Positions 22,901 to 35,130 of a stretch of 48,266 nt of DNA are shown here, piece by piece. Position 1 is the first letter of the stretch. The number at the start of each line of letters is the position of its first letter. A program made the translations under genes and the position numbers. Origin of the DNA: Octopus bimaculoides (Eukaryota). Where the stretch lies: positions 32,096,453 through 32,144,718 of the forward strand of contig NC_068982.1 in assembly GCF_001194135.2 (NCBI RefSeq), read 5' to 3'. Below the pieces are notes generated by a model. It searched no databases. It saw nothing but the letters and a program-made list of their open reading frames with translations, and was not told the origin of the DNA.

Positions 22901-25900
22901 TGTATTTGTGTGTGTATGTGGATTTAAAATTATATACGTGCAGATATGGCTGCGTGGTTAAGAAATTCGATTCTCAACTTCGAGATCTCCAATTTGCTGT
23001 CATCTTAACACACCTTCCCCAATAGCCTACGGTCGAACACAGCTTTGTCAGTGAAATTAGTGAGGTGAATATTACGCATACTGAAGCTCATTGGAGAGAT
23101 TTTCATATTCTTATGTGATAGAGTTTTTCCGTCATCTGGTTTAACTTCAATAAGCAGACGTTGAGTGCTGTTGGCGGAGTGCACTTTGTTTGGAAACATC
23201 TAGGTTAGGTCTTCTAACTGGATGAAGATTAGCTACCACCCTCTCGACTTCTGTCACGAGGATCTTGACCATATCCATTAGTGCTACCTTTTCCCCTTGA
23301 CTATGCCATAAAAATTTGCTGGATTGCTCTGCTCGAAACTAAGAACGAATTGCAAGCAGGAATCAGTTAAACTATCTCAGATCTCGTTGATTATGTGAGC
23401 TAGTTGTCTCAAAGAACAATTTTATAGATCTATGATTTTTTAGTATGACGCCCACTTTTGTTCAGAGTACAGAAGAATTTCTACATCTCACATAGAGCTC
23501 CTATGCTTGTCACCTAGAAGATTATCAGGGAAAGGACATGCATTGCATACATAATCATATACTGGTACCGTCATAAAAGTCAGCAGCCCTGCTAATGTGA
23601 ATATCTCTTTGAAAACAACGAGTGAGTACAACCGTAGACTTTTCTCCAGTTCAAAATGTATTATCTACATTCGAACATTGAAGCTTTGCATTTGTATTAG
23701 AAACCAACCCTGTCCTTAATGGAAAACTACAAATAATTAAATCTTGAAGAGAACATGCATATCAAACGGTGTTGCGGTGCTTTACATTCGAAACCTGCAC
23801 CTCTGAGAAAATAAATAAACCAATGAAAATAAAATGACAGCACCATATACTTAGAGCATACTCAGACTTAGAGAAGGACATATCAGAAGAGAACCTATTG
23901 GTTACTAACGGCTGCTTATGTCAAAAAAGGACAAACATCAATTAAGCAGTAGGCTTAGATATTCCATTGAAGTTCTGTATAACTTAGAAAATTTCGTCAG
24001 TAACTGATTTTCAACAATTGCCTTCGAGTTTTTTTAGTCACATAAAGTTAATATACAGTTTCTGAGTTAATATAATAGCTTTATTAAAGGTCTAAAATAC
24101 TTCTTCATTTTCTTATGTAGTTTCTTCAGTTTTTACACTATCTCCGATCAAATCATTTAGTAAAGAAATACTATTCCGAAATTTTGAAAACTTTAGCTAA
24201 AAAAAAAAATACTGTGAGTTACTGCTGTGTGTTAATTAAAAAAAATAAAAAAAATTAGAGTACCCACTATCACTTCTATTAAACAGTGTGATCTAGATTG
24301 GTAGGATAATACCAACCTAACACCCTTCAAATAACATCAGAACGATTACGAAAGCTGTTGATAGCAGCATTAAAGCCATACTAATTACGCACGCACACAC
24401 GCACATGCACACACACACACACACATTATAGATATATATATATATACACATACATACATACATACACAAGCACACTTATATTCAGCAATGTATTTTTAAG
24501 CAGATGAACGGTGGTGCTAGCAGTAGATATAGAAGTGCTTTGAGACTTCAGCAAACTTTTTTGTAAAGTTGAGGAATATGCTTATAAAACAAAATTCATC
24601 CACTTCTAATACTTATATAACATTGTAGTCAGTCTAGGTATGTTATTGACTTTAATTTTATTATTAAAAAGATTGCTCACCTTGATTGTTATGAGGTTGA
24701 AGAAAATCCAGTGTTTATTGTACAATACACAGGATATTCGATTTACAGTAATATAACAGTCGCTTTTGGTTGCCAATCTAGAAACCCCAAAAGAAGATTA
24801 TTTGTACTGCACAACGAGAAACACCCAGATGTATGTATTACATCTACGTTCTACAAAGTCCATGGAAAGCTCACTAGTAATCCGAATTGACACTTCTTTA
24901 TCAGAAACTACCAATCTGAACATCTTATTGGCAGAGCAGTGAGTCACAATGTTGAAACCTCATGAAAAACGAGAGAATATTTAGTATTTTATCTTCAGAA
25001 TGCAGTTACCTGATCACACAAAAAGGTTTCAGAGTGTATACAGTGTAGAAGAAAATTTTTGAAAGTATGTACTCTCTGCGCATAACAAACAGACAAGTTA
25101 AGGGCGATAATAATGTAATTGAGGTATAAAAGTGGGATGATAACTGTTTGAAAGCGAAGAAGTTGATAAATGTGACACTCAGTAGTTAAGAGCTTTTATA
25201 AACACACCCCGCCCAAGAAACTTATGTTTATATTAGAGTTATCAAAACAAAACTGAAAGAAAAGCATGGATCCATAATTACAATTGTCTGTAACTTGCTC
25301 CTATTTTGACAAATACATCCCGTAAGAGAATTCTGAAATGTGTGCCACAAACCAACATGTTAACTGCAAAATAAGTAATTACAAGGAGACAAAAAATACC
25401 GCGAGGAAACCTTCTTGAAACTTAAACAGGAAAATCAGTCCGGAGTACAAATGGCTGATTCACTGAAAATTAGAACTCAACTTGGAATAATTTTGTCTAG
25501 AAAAACTTTCAAAATTACCTTTATTCTAGTTATTCTAATCTTTTTGTAAGCATACCTGTACTGTGATGCTTGTGCATTTTTCGTTCTCAGTATCCCTACA
25601 GAAATACTTATAATTACAGGATTGTATATTAATAATACCTTCTACATATGTACATACATAAATACTATAAATGCATACATGTGTGTGAGAGAGAAAGAGA
25701 GGGATAGAGTGTGTGGGGGGGGTGTAATTATTCGGTGGCAAAATATTTCTATTTATTGTCTTATAATGAAGGTGCCTTTTGTTAACAATTTAGTTTATTA
25801 CAGAAGCTTTGAATTCATGTGATGCATATTAATAAAGAAGACATTCTGTCAATAGATTTTAAATATAACATTTGAGAGTGCAAGTGAATATGTATATATA

Positions 25901-27989
25901 AAACTTTTGTATCCTATGAACCTATTACAGCTTTTTTAGTTTTTTCAGTATTGCAGTAATTCAAATGAATAAGTTCGAAGTTGTTCTTCGTTTAGTCTAA
26001 CCTTTATTTCAGCCTAGGACATTGAGGCTAAATGATACTCATGAAGAAGCTTAGTACATCCTTAAGATGTTTAGTTATCCCATAACCCATTGGAATAGTA
26101 CATCAATCTTTTTGACCCCGTCACCAACTACCAAGTGTTTTTAACGCCCAGCATCTTCTATGCCATGGTACAGTCGTGAAGGGCCAACCTTCCCTTTCAT
26201 TTTTAGTGACTACAGATATATTTACTTTTCACACCAGGAGTATTTTTAATAAAAGGTCATAATGTTGCCTTGAACAGCAAAAACCTTTTTTACTCGAGTA
26301 CGCCCATCAGGATATTTTCAGTCTTACTACTCCATCGAGTGTTTGTTAAAGGGACCGTCACTTTCAACTCCATTCTTAAATCTATTTCTATTCTTGGTTA
26401 TGTTTTCAACGTTCTTTCTTCTGCAGTACGTTACCATTTCGCCTCGGTTTCTTGTAATCACATACGCATAGGAACTCATATACACGAACACTCATACATG
26501 CACAAATTTATATGCAAAAGATATCACCATTCACTCATCGGTATCTTTCAGCATATCTATTATTTTGAAAGAAAACAATCCCAAAACCTTGTTTTGTATT
26601 TCTACTCTAGGTTACCAACTGATTATCTACAGAAGTATCATCGACTGATTTAACATAATTGATAATACATTATATCTTATCGCATATTTTACCCTGCTGC
26701 AAGTATTAATGTCAGGTCTCAGGCTTTAGGTCATTTTGTCTCTCGATCCTATTAGTTTCAGTGGCCCTGAAAATATGAATTTCCAGGGGCGTTGACCTGC
26801 TTTCTCTTACAAACAATAAAAAAGCCACAATGTCAGGCACACCAGTATACATGTATCATATTGTTAACTCACATAAACAACATCAACTACATCAATAAAG
26901 AAGCATCCAGTAGTGTAATACAGACGCACTCTCCTACAGACAACAACCACTAGCTCACAAGCGTTGTGTTTCATCGTGCATTCACTCCTACCACTACGAC
27001 AATCAATTCTGCTTTTGAAAATTGGGAAGCTACCGACCATCTAATGGCCCTCTTCACCACAGGGACTCTCTGTTACCAAACAAATCCAATTCTGAGCAGC
27101 TTTTCTCCCGGGAGCTGAAACATCCTTGAGATCCCTACTTGCCTAGGAATTGTCAACATGCATTATCCTTCAGTAATTCAAATATAATATCTACCTCACT
27201 TAAGAAGGTGGATCTATAAACATCATGTGCACATTTTCACCAACCGAATTATAAAACTGTTGATGTTGCCGACTAATAGCTGGTGATTTTCTTTTCTACT
27301 AACATCAATAATCTAAATTTTGATTAAATTGTAACTACTCATATATTATGGAATATCATTTCAAATTACACACTTGATACTGATACTTATACTTTCAGTA
27401 GAGTGATTTTAATAAAATTGATATACAAGATTTTCAAATGATATTTATGCGTTGAAACTTGGATGAACAGAAATGAGACTGCAATGCGCATCACTAGTAG
27501 CACTTATGAGAAGTCAGTTTATGGTTATGTGGTTTACTGGTGATGATAATACTAGTGAAGATATAGGGAAACGTGAGAAAGATAATGTTCATTTGATAAA
27601 AGCTAATTAGTAAAAGTACCGGAATTTGATCCTTACGTAAAATTACATAATCTCCCAAAACGTTGTGAACAGCAAATGTAATTGCTAACCATTTGTATAC
27701 GACGAGAAAGAAGTTAGTTATTGTCTAGAAAGGTAGTTATTGTCTAGTTATTGAAGGTAGCAAAATCAGTGGAATGTTGTCTAACCTTGGAGTGAAACTG
27801 CAATCCACATCACCAGTCTAGAGAAATTTTTGAAAATCCATTTCCTCAAAGTAATGAAAATATTAGTTGTTTCGAATAAGAGGAAATTAAAGACAATGAA
27901 ATTTTAACACATTTTTCTCAATTTAAGTTCAACCAAAGTTTAAAATAATTACATTGTCAGCCACTATAATTACCTGGTTTGTAGAAGGA

Positions 27990-28113
27990 GCAATCACTGA
28001 ATAAAACTGATGTCAAACTGAACAAATCGCATCGACAACCGCGAGAAAAACAATCAGCTTTTACCAGTAAAATGACCGTTATTTTCCTTCATAACACGTT
28101 TGTGTGTATGCAT

Positions 28114-28199
<86 letters not shown>

Positions 28200-28540
28200 A
28201 GGACTATATTTCAGAAACCAATGAATTGGAAATTGAGTCCCTTTCTCATCTACCTCATTAACAAAACCTTTCCCCAACGGATTTACATTTCTTTCGAGAA
28301 TTGTAAGTACATTGACAATATATGACCAATAAACAATTTCAAAAGCAGACAACCAGAGAAGATATTTCCAAAGCGTTCATTGACTCGAAAAATACTTATT
28401 TCTACTGGACAGAAATGAATAACCGACTTAGTTGCATGCTGTCAAAATTATATTGAATCAAATGGAGATTAGTTATTACTACTTGGTTTTCAACTACGCT
28501 TTATTGGTTTTCAAATTTGCTTTTGGAAACCAACATGAAA
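27990..28540 (+). mobile_element. Decayed mariner transposase C-terminal fragment interrupted by (GT)n
   Basis: VIFLHNTF..[GT repeat]..TNELEIESLSHLPH*QNLSPTDLHFFR..KAFIDS resembles mariner ILLHDNARPH / LPHPPYSPDLSPTDYHFF. Confidence 0.7.
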
Positions 28541-30549
28541 AATTCAACAACTAAAGTACAACTCCACATTTTCTATATATAAACAAGTGATTTAGCTCCG
28601 TAGACATAATTTAATACCAGTCAAATAGTTGATCTGATTTTCTAAGAAACGGGTGAATGAATGGAAATGATTAGCATTCTATTTTTCAACATGAAGCAGG
28701 AGAGAGGAAACTATTATGATGCACAGACACAAACAGTTAGTCAACTGTAGTGCACTTTTGTAAAATGGCTGAAGACAAAAAACTAGAGAAAGGATTAACC
28801 TCATCAACATGTCAATATTCCAGCTAATGTTTGACTCGTAGACATAACTATACATGAGCACACACGAAACTGACACAAGATGGTGAGTCTATGTGTCTAT
28901 GAGTATGTGTTGTTGTGTGTAACAGCATTAACGATATTCAATCAGGATTGTATGTTTACATCTATATAGACATATATATATCCGTAGGTACATACATACA
29001 TACTCAATATAGAATGTAAAATTATTATTTTACGTCAATGCAGTTGATGATTGGTTTCGTTGCTAATGAATGTTTCGCACCATGTACATTGGATCTCATA
29101 CATCTATACAAATAAATTATCAGTACAAAACACCAATTGGAAGGGATCAAACTCAAGCAAATTTTATTGAAATTACTAACTTAATCTACTGCAATATAGG
29201 GAAGATGATTTTAGTTTGAACTCCCCTTAACAGAGGATAGTAACCAACACTGACTAAGCTATTGCGAACTTGCAGATTACAAAAACCCAATGATCAGATT
29301 CATCCTATTGCTTTCTATATTTAATGTTATCATACTGACATATACCTGATGAAAGTTACATCTATTTTCGATTTCTATAAGCAAGTATTCATGAGTTGGT
29401 TTGCAAGTTCAAGTAGTTTTCATTCTGCATTAATGTTAAAATATTTTCTATTAAGCAAACGTGACAACTCAGTTTCTTTCTACTACCATAAGTATAAGCA
29501 GGTGTGAAAGCAAATCTAGACTATTTTGTGTTTAAGATACTATCAATATTTTGCCTTTATCTCAAACACATTTCGAAATTCCTGTTCGAGTTGACTGTGA
29601 AATATTTGCGAGTTTCATTTTGTCAAAACACAGCACGAGAACTTAATCAAAAACCGTTTGTATAACATAACCTATAGAATTTTCTGTCACTTATAAAATC
29701 ATCTCAAAATCGACTTAGGTGGTTTGTCTACTTCTGCATGTTACATGATTGTGTTAACACCATTTTAAAATCATTCGCTGATTATTTGCAGTGCTTTCAG
29801 GTTTCGGCATGTTTCTAAATAACCATGCAGGTTTTATTTTGAACCTTCTCTACATTATGGAAACATAAGTACATTTCACCAAACATGCTTAGACTGTCAG
29901 CTGAATCCACGTCAAAAATTGTAATGTGCCCACAGCAAGACAACCTTACGTATGGAAACTTGCATATTCTACTTATTTGTTTATTAAAGATTAATGTGGT
30001 AGAATGCTCTTTCTGCATATTTCATGAAATGTTTTCTATCAAAGTCATTATAGAATATAACAAGCTGGAATCACATTAGTGACCAAGTCGGAGTTTGTAG
30101 GACGAAACTTTTGGCATCAAATAATAAATATTCAAATAAAGTTGATAAAATTAACAGTTTTTGCGTGTTTTTCAATAGCTAATATATTACTTCCACGCTG
30201 CTATCATTTTAGTTTCTATCCATTGTCTCAAATCAGATACCTGACAAGTAACATTCAAATGGTGACTGACTTTGACAATACAATCTAGATATTAAGAGCA
30301 CATATTTTTCTGAATTCTGTCTCACTAAGTAGACTTTGTAAGCTAAATTAATTATTTTATCTATCTACCTATCGGTTTACATATTTATATATATATATAA
30401 GGTTATGAAGGGTATTTATTGGATTCAACCAAACCCAAAGATACAGGTAATACCGAGTAAGTGCTGTATACCGGCTAGTTTTGCCCCTTTCGTTGTATAA
30501 ACATGAGTGGGGATTATAACATAGGTCGTGTATTAGCATGTGTATGTAG

Positions 30550-30669
30550 AAAGAGAGAAAAGGATAAAGAGAACAATGGCAAAGTTAGAAATATGGATAA
30601 AGTCTTAGACTTTATCCATAAAATATATTTCTAAATTTGCCATTGTTCTCTTTATCCTTTTCTCTCTTT
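30550..30669. repeat. ~120-bp near-perfect palindrome adjoining an N-gap
   Basis: Arms 30550-30605 and 30607-30669 are reverse complements with 1 mismatch and a 7-nt insertion. Confidence 0.9.
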
Positions 30670-31049
30670 ATANNNNNNNNNNNNNNNNNNNNNNNNNNNN
30701 NNNNNNNNNNNNNNNNNNNNNNNNNNNNNNNNNNNNNNNNNNNNNNNNNNNNNNNNNNNNNNNNNNNNNNNNNNNNNNNNNNNNNNNNNNNNNNNNNNNN
30801 NNNNATATATATGATATTTCTGAGAGACAGAAAGAGGCTTTTCCATATGTTGTTGCTATAAAGGTTGATGCACAATAAGGCAGGGACGGAGCGTGGCCTG
30901 ATCATCGCTACATTTGTGTTGTCTCTGTATTGTTAATTTCATTCGATTTTTTAATATTTTATATAATTTATGTATTCATATTTTTTGTAAAATCATAACG
31001 TATTATTGATCCCAATCAGTTGTTTTGTCCAATTCTGTGTTTGACTCCC

Positions 31050-31402
31050 TGTCGGCAATAAAGAAATTGGTGTTTCGTCTGCCGTTACGTTCTGAGTTCA
31101 AATTCCGCCGAGGTCGACTTTGCTTTTCATTCTCTCGAAGTCGATAAATCAAGTATCAGCTGAGTACTATCCCCTTCCCCGAAATTTTAGGCCTTATGCC
31201 TATTGTAGAAAGGATTATATATACTGGGGAAATATATTGGCGAGCTGGCAGAATCGTTAGCACACCGGATGAAATGCCTATTGGTATTTCGTCTGCCATT
31301 ACGGTCTAAGTTCAAATTCTGCCGAGGTCGACTTTGCCTTTCGTACTTTCGGGACGATAAAATTAGCACCAGTTACGCACTGGAGTCTAATAGAAAGGAT
31401 TA
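31050..31402 (+). mobile_element. Two head-to-tail Meta-like SINE copies (about 31050-31218 and 31238-31402)
   Basis: Core gagttcaaattccgccgaggtcgactttgc occurs twice, about 215 bp apart. Confidence 0.85.
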
Positions 31403-31494
31403 TATATATTGGGAAGAGTGTGAAACGATTCGGCGTTGCCCTTTTGGCGCCACCTGTTTGATGTTGTTGACTCAATGCTGACTTATTTGACATA

Positions 31495-31687
31495 GGCGCA
31501 GTTATGGCTATGTGATAGGAAGTTTGCTTCACAACATCATGGTTCCGCGTCCAGTCCTACTGCTTGGCACCGTGGGAAAGTTTTTCTACTACATCTTCGG
31601 CCGACCAAAGACTTGTGAGTGGATTTGGTAGAGGGAAACTGAAAGAATCCCGTCGTGTGTATATATGCATACATACATGCATACGTG

Positions 31688-31727
<40 letters not shown>

Positions 31728-31915
31728 TGTCTTTTTGTTTGGTTTTATCCCCACCAGTGCTTTACAACTGGTGTTGGTTTGCTTACACCTCTGTAACTTA
31801 ACAGTTCGCACATAAGAGGTTGATAGAATGAGTGCTAGTATCGATTTTTTTCGCTGAAAACCATTCAAGGTTCCCAGCTTGACCGCAATCTAATGACTGA
31901 GACAAGTAAAAGATC
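31495..31915 (+). mobile_element. Full-length CORE-like tRNA SINE with internal (GT)n
   Basis: Head ggcgcagttatggctatgtgatagg, core ggccgaccaaagacttgtgagtggatttggtagagggaaactgaaagaa, tail gaccgcaatctaatgactgagacaagtaaaag. Confidence 0.85.
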
Positions 31916-31964
31916 AAACGTTATAATGTTCCTCTCGTTTACTCTTTGTTGCTCTTTCTCCCCT

Positions 31965-32020
<56 letters not shown>

Positions 32021-33451
32021 TTGTATGGGCGCAAGTAACTAGTTATGTTTGTATGTATATGTAATGTCTCTTTCGCTCTGTCTTCCTCTTTCTTCCTGCC
32101 TTTCTCCCTCTCTCTTTCTGTCTTTCTGTCTCCCCTTCTCTATCTCAGTCTTGAATGTATGCGTATATATCTGAGCGTATTTGCCTTCAGCTCCAAAACG
32201 CTCTCTCAAAAACAGGTTGAAGAATGTCCAGGCGGCCGTGACTTGCCATTAGCGTTGAAACAACTTCGCATATTCGTCACATTCTGATTGGTAATACGCT
32301 CTCATGAGAATGTTCGTTAGCAGGCGCCAACGGTTTGCCATGTCAAATGATTCGAGCTCGGTACCTGCGGCGTTAAAGCAGAGATATTTACGATTTATTG
32401 ACTTTACCAAGGACGATGGCTGCAATGAGAGATTTATTGAGACTGATATCCTCAATACTCTGCGACCGATAGTTTAATAATGTTGCTGGCAGCAAGGAAA
32501 TGTTGCAAAGCACTAAAGAAAATAATCGAATTCAGAGAAATGTGGATATAGGATACTTTGCTGTTAATATCCAGTGGATAAGGTATGGGGAAGGAAGAAG
32601 AGATTTTATTCACATACAGACGCCATGTTTTTAAGAGTACGCTGGAACGGATCGAGCAGTCTACACTGTAGAGCATAACGGTTACGAGTGTCTCAGAGGA
32701 GAAGGTTTTATGTTTGCTCTGTTGTACAAGGTGGTGAGAAGAACAAAGCTGGACTAAAATCTATGGATATAAGGATATAAATATAGAGGAACCGGAATTA
32801 TCAAGTGATTGATTTTTTTGTTCTTTTTATGAAGCGTGCTCATTGCTTATGAAAGTAAATGTTTTGGTGGGAAAGAAGAGGAAATACTTGTTTGTGAGTT
32901 GTAACTTAATATCACATCGATCCCGGGAGTAGCCCAGCATGAAGTCGGTATGTATTTGTGTATAAAGTTATTGAATCTAAGAAAGAAAAACAAAATATAC
33001 ATCAATGAGAAATATTGCCACATATATACTATCAATGAAGACAGATATTAGATTTGACGTGAATAACTAGATAAATATTTTATTTTATTTTATTTTCATA
33101 ATAGGGTAAAAATAAAATATAAATTGGCAAGAATTATTAAATAAAGGGGAATATTGACAAAATATATTTAGATATGAGAAAATATTGATTGATGCCATTT
33201 GGTTCATTGTATTCTTTTCGAATTCTAATATCTTTTGAATATAGGAAATGAGTATTGAACAGAAATAAACAGTAAATTTCGGATAGGCTTCTTTGCTCTT
33301 CTAAAATCCGAATTTGCACTGAACATCTCTCCTATTTGTAGGTCACAGCTGTTGAGGGTAGCAAAGATGAAAATCCCCAAATATAATTTCATGCATGCTC
33401 ACTTTAGTTATAAGTCACGCAATAAAGCAATAAAGCAAACATAAAAATCTC

Positions 33452-33663
33452 TGTTTCAAAATTGGCACAATTCTAGCAGTTTGAGAAGAAGGATAAGTAG
33501 ATTACATCGACCGCAGTGCTGAAATGGTACTTATCTTATCGACCACAAAAGTATGAAAGACAAAGTCGACCTTGGTGGTATTTGAACTCAGAACGTAAAG
33601 ATGAACGAAATGCTGCTAAGCAATTTTCCTGATGTTCTAGCGATTCTGCATGCTCACTGCCTT
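33452..33663 (-). mobile_element. Meta-like tRNA SINE
   Basis: ggtacttatcttatcgaccacaaaagtatgaaagacaaagtcgacctt..tttgaactcagaacgtaa is the reverse complement of the family core. Confidence 0.8.
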
Positions 33664-33696
33664 TATGGTAACAAACAACAGCAGTAATTTTATTCA

Positions 33697-33860
33697 GCTG
33701 AATACAAGTCATTGATTAGTTGAAATTACCGAAATACGACATCTTTAACACGAAATAACTTCGTAAATAGAAACTTTTCTCAACAACGCTAAGACTAAAA
33801 TATGTTCTATATGACACATTCTATCATTATCCGAAGTTTGAACGTGTTTAGTTAAAAAAA
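33697..33860 (+). repeat. Dispersed repeat, copy 2 (homologous to 204-365)
   Basis: Collinear shared blocks with 204-365. Confidence 0.7.
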
Positions 33861-34379
33861 AATTAAATTATCGACCCGCCGATCAAAAGGAAAAGATCCA
33901 TATACTTTAAATAGGTAGGATAAAAGCTGGATGTTTCCTAAAGAAGGATATCTGCTTATTCCATAATCACGATTTAACACGTAGTCACAGATGCAGCTGT
34001 ATGTTAATGTAAAGTACATATTAAAATTTTGAATTTCGGAAATATTATTAGCAGAGTTTTTGTATAACAAAACAGGAAATTCTAATATTTGTTTGGTATA
34101 ATTTAAATAACATTACATGTGATTCATTAACTAAAAGGAATTACAAAGTTTTACATGTTTCACAGACATGTACAGAATTCTCGGGTAGAAATTCTCTAGA
34201 TTGAGAAATTAAATAATAGTACTGTTCAATTTCTCCGTCTAAAGAATGTCTAAAAGAAAATTCTTTGCGTATCTATCTAACATGTAAAACTTTCTAATTC
34301 CTATTAGCAAATGGAACATGTGTAATGGTGAATAAATAATAACAAAACATTTCCAGCTTCTTATTTTGTTTTGTATATA

Positions 34380-34789
34380 TATAACGATGGGAGAGTCCAT
34401 CATATATATGGTTGGCACTCCGTCGGTTGCAACGATGAGTGTTCTAGTTGATCCGATCAACGGAACAGCCTGCTCGTGAAATTAATGTGCAAGTTACTGA
34501 GCACTCTACAGACACGTGTACCATTAACGTAGTACACGGGGCGATTCAGCGTGATACAGAGTGTGACAAGGCTGGTACAACAGGTACAACAGAAACAGGA
34601 AGAAAGAGTGAGAGAAAGTTATGGTGAAAGAGTACAGCAGGGTTCACCACTACCCTCTACCGGAGCCTCGTGGAGCTTTAGGTGTTTTCGCTCAATAAAC
34701 ACTCACAACGCACGGTCGGGGAATCGAAACCACGATCCTAAGACCGCGAGTACGCTGCACTAACCACTGGGCCATTGCGCTTCCACATT

Positions 34790-34860
<71 letters not shown>

Positions 34861-34879
34861 GGACTCTCCCGTCGTTATA
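34380..34879. mobile_element. Candidate MITE (21-bp TIRs in TA context) enclosing a SINE
   Basis: tataacgatgggagagtccat (34380-34400) versus atggactctcccgtcgttata (34859-34879): 20 of 21 inverted match. Confidence 0.6.
34408..34790 (-). mobile_element. tRNA SINE with third-family tail but a different central domain
   Basis: Minus-strand A-box tggcccagtggttag, B-box ggtttcgattccc; tail gcaggctgttccgttgatcggatc..cgacggagtgccaa shared with 20080 and 21378. Confidence 0.85.
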
Positions 34880-35130
34880 CATATATGACAAAAATGGAAG
34901 TTTGTGTCTGTCTGTCCGTCTATGGAAAGAAACGCTACAGCGTGGATATAAAAACTAAAAGCTAATTCTTGTGTAAAATTTTACGACGAAGACAATGGAA
35001 ATCGTCCCGGGTCTCTAGACGTAATCCGAAGGGAGCTACTTGCCCTTTTCCAACATTTACAAAATCGCATCACAAAAAATAAATGAAGGGTCTAAAGGAT
35101 ATAATTTTTATCAGATTACCACATTTTTTT

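Noticed and set aside
29341-29375. CTGATGA hammerhead-like start
   Set aside because: No stem II followed by GAAA and no stem I pairing.
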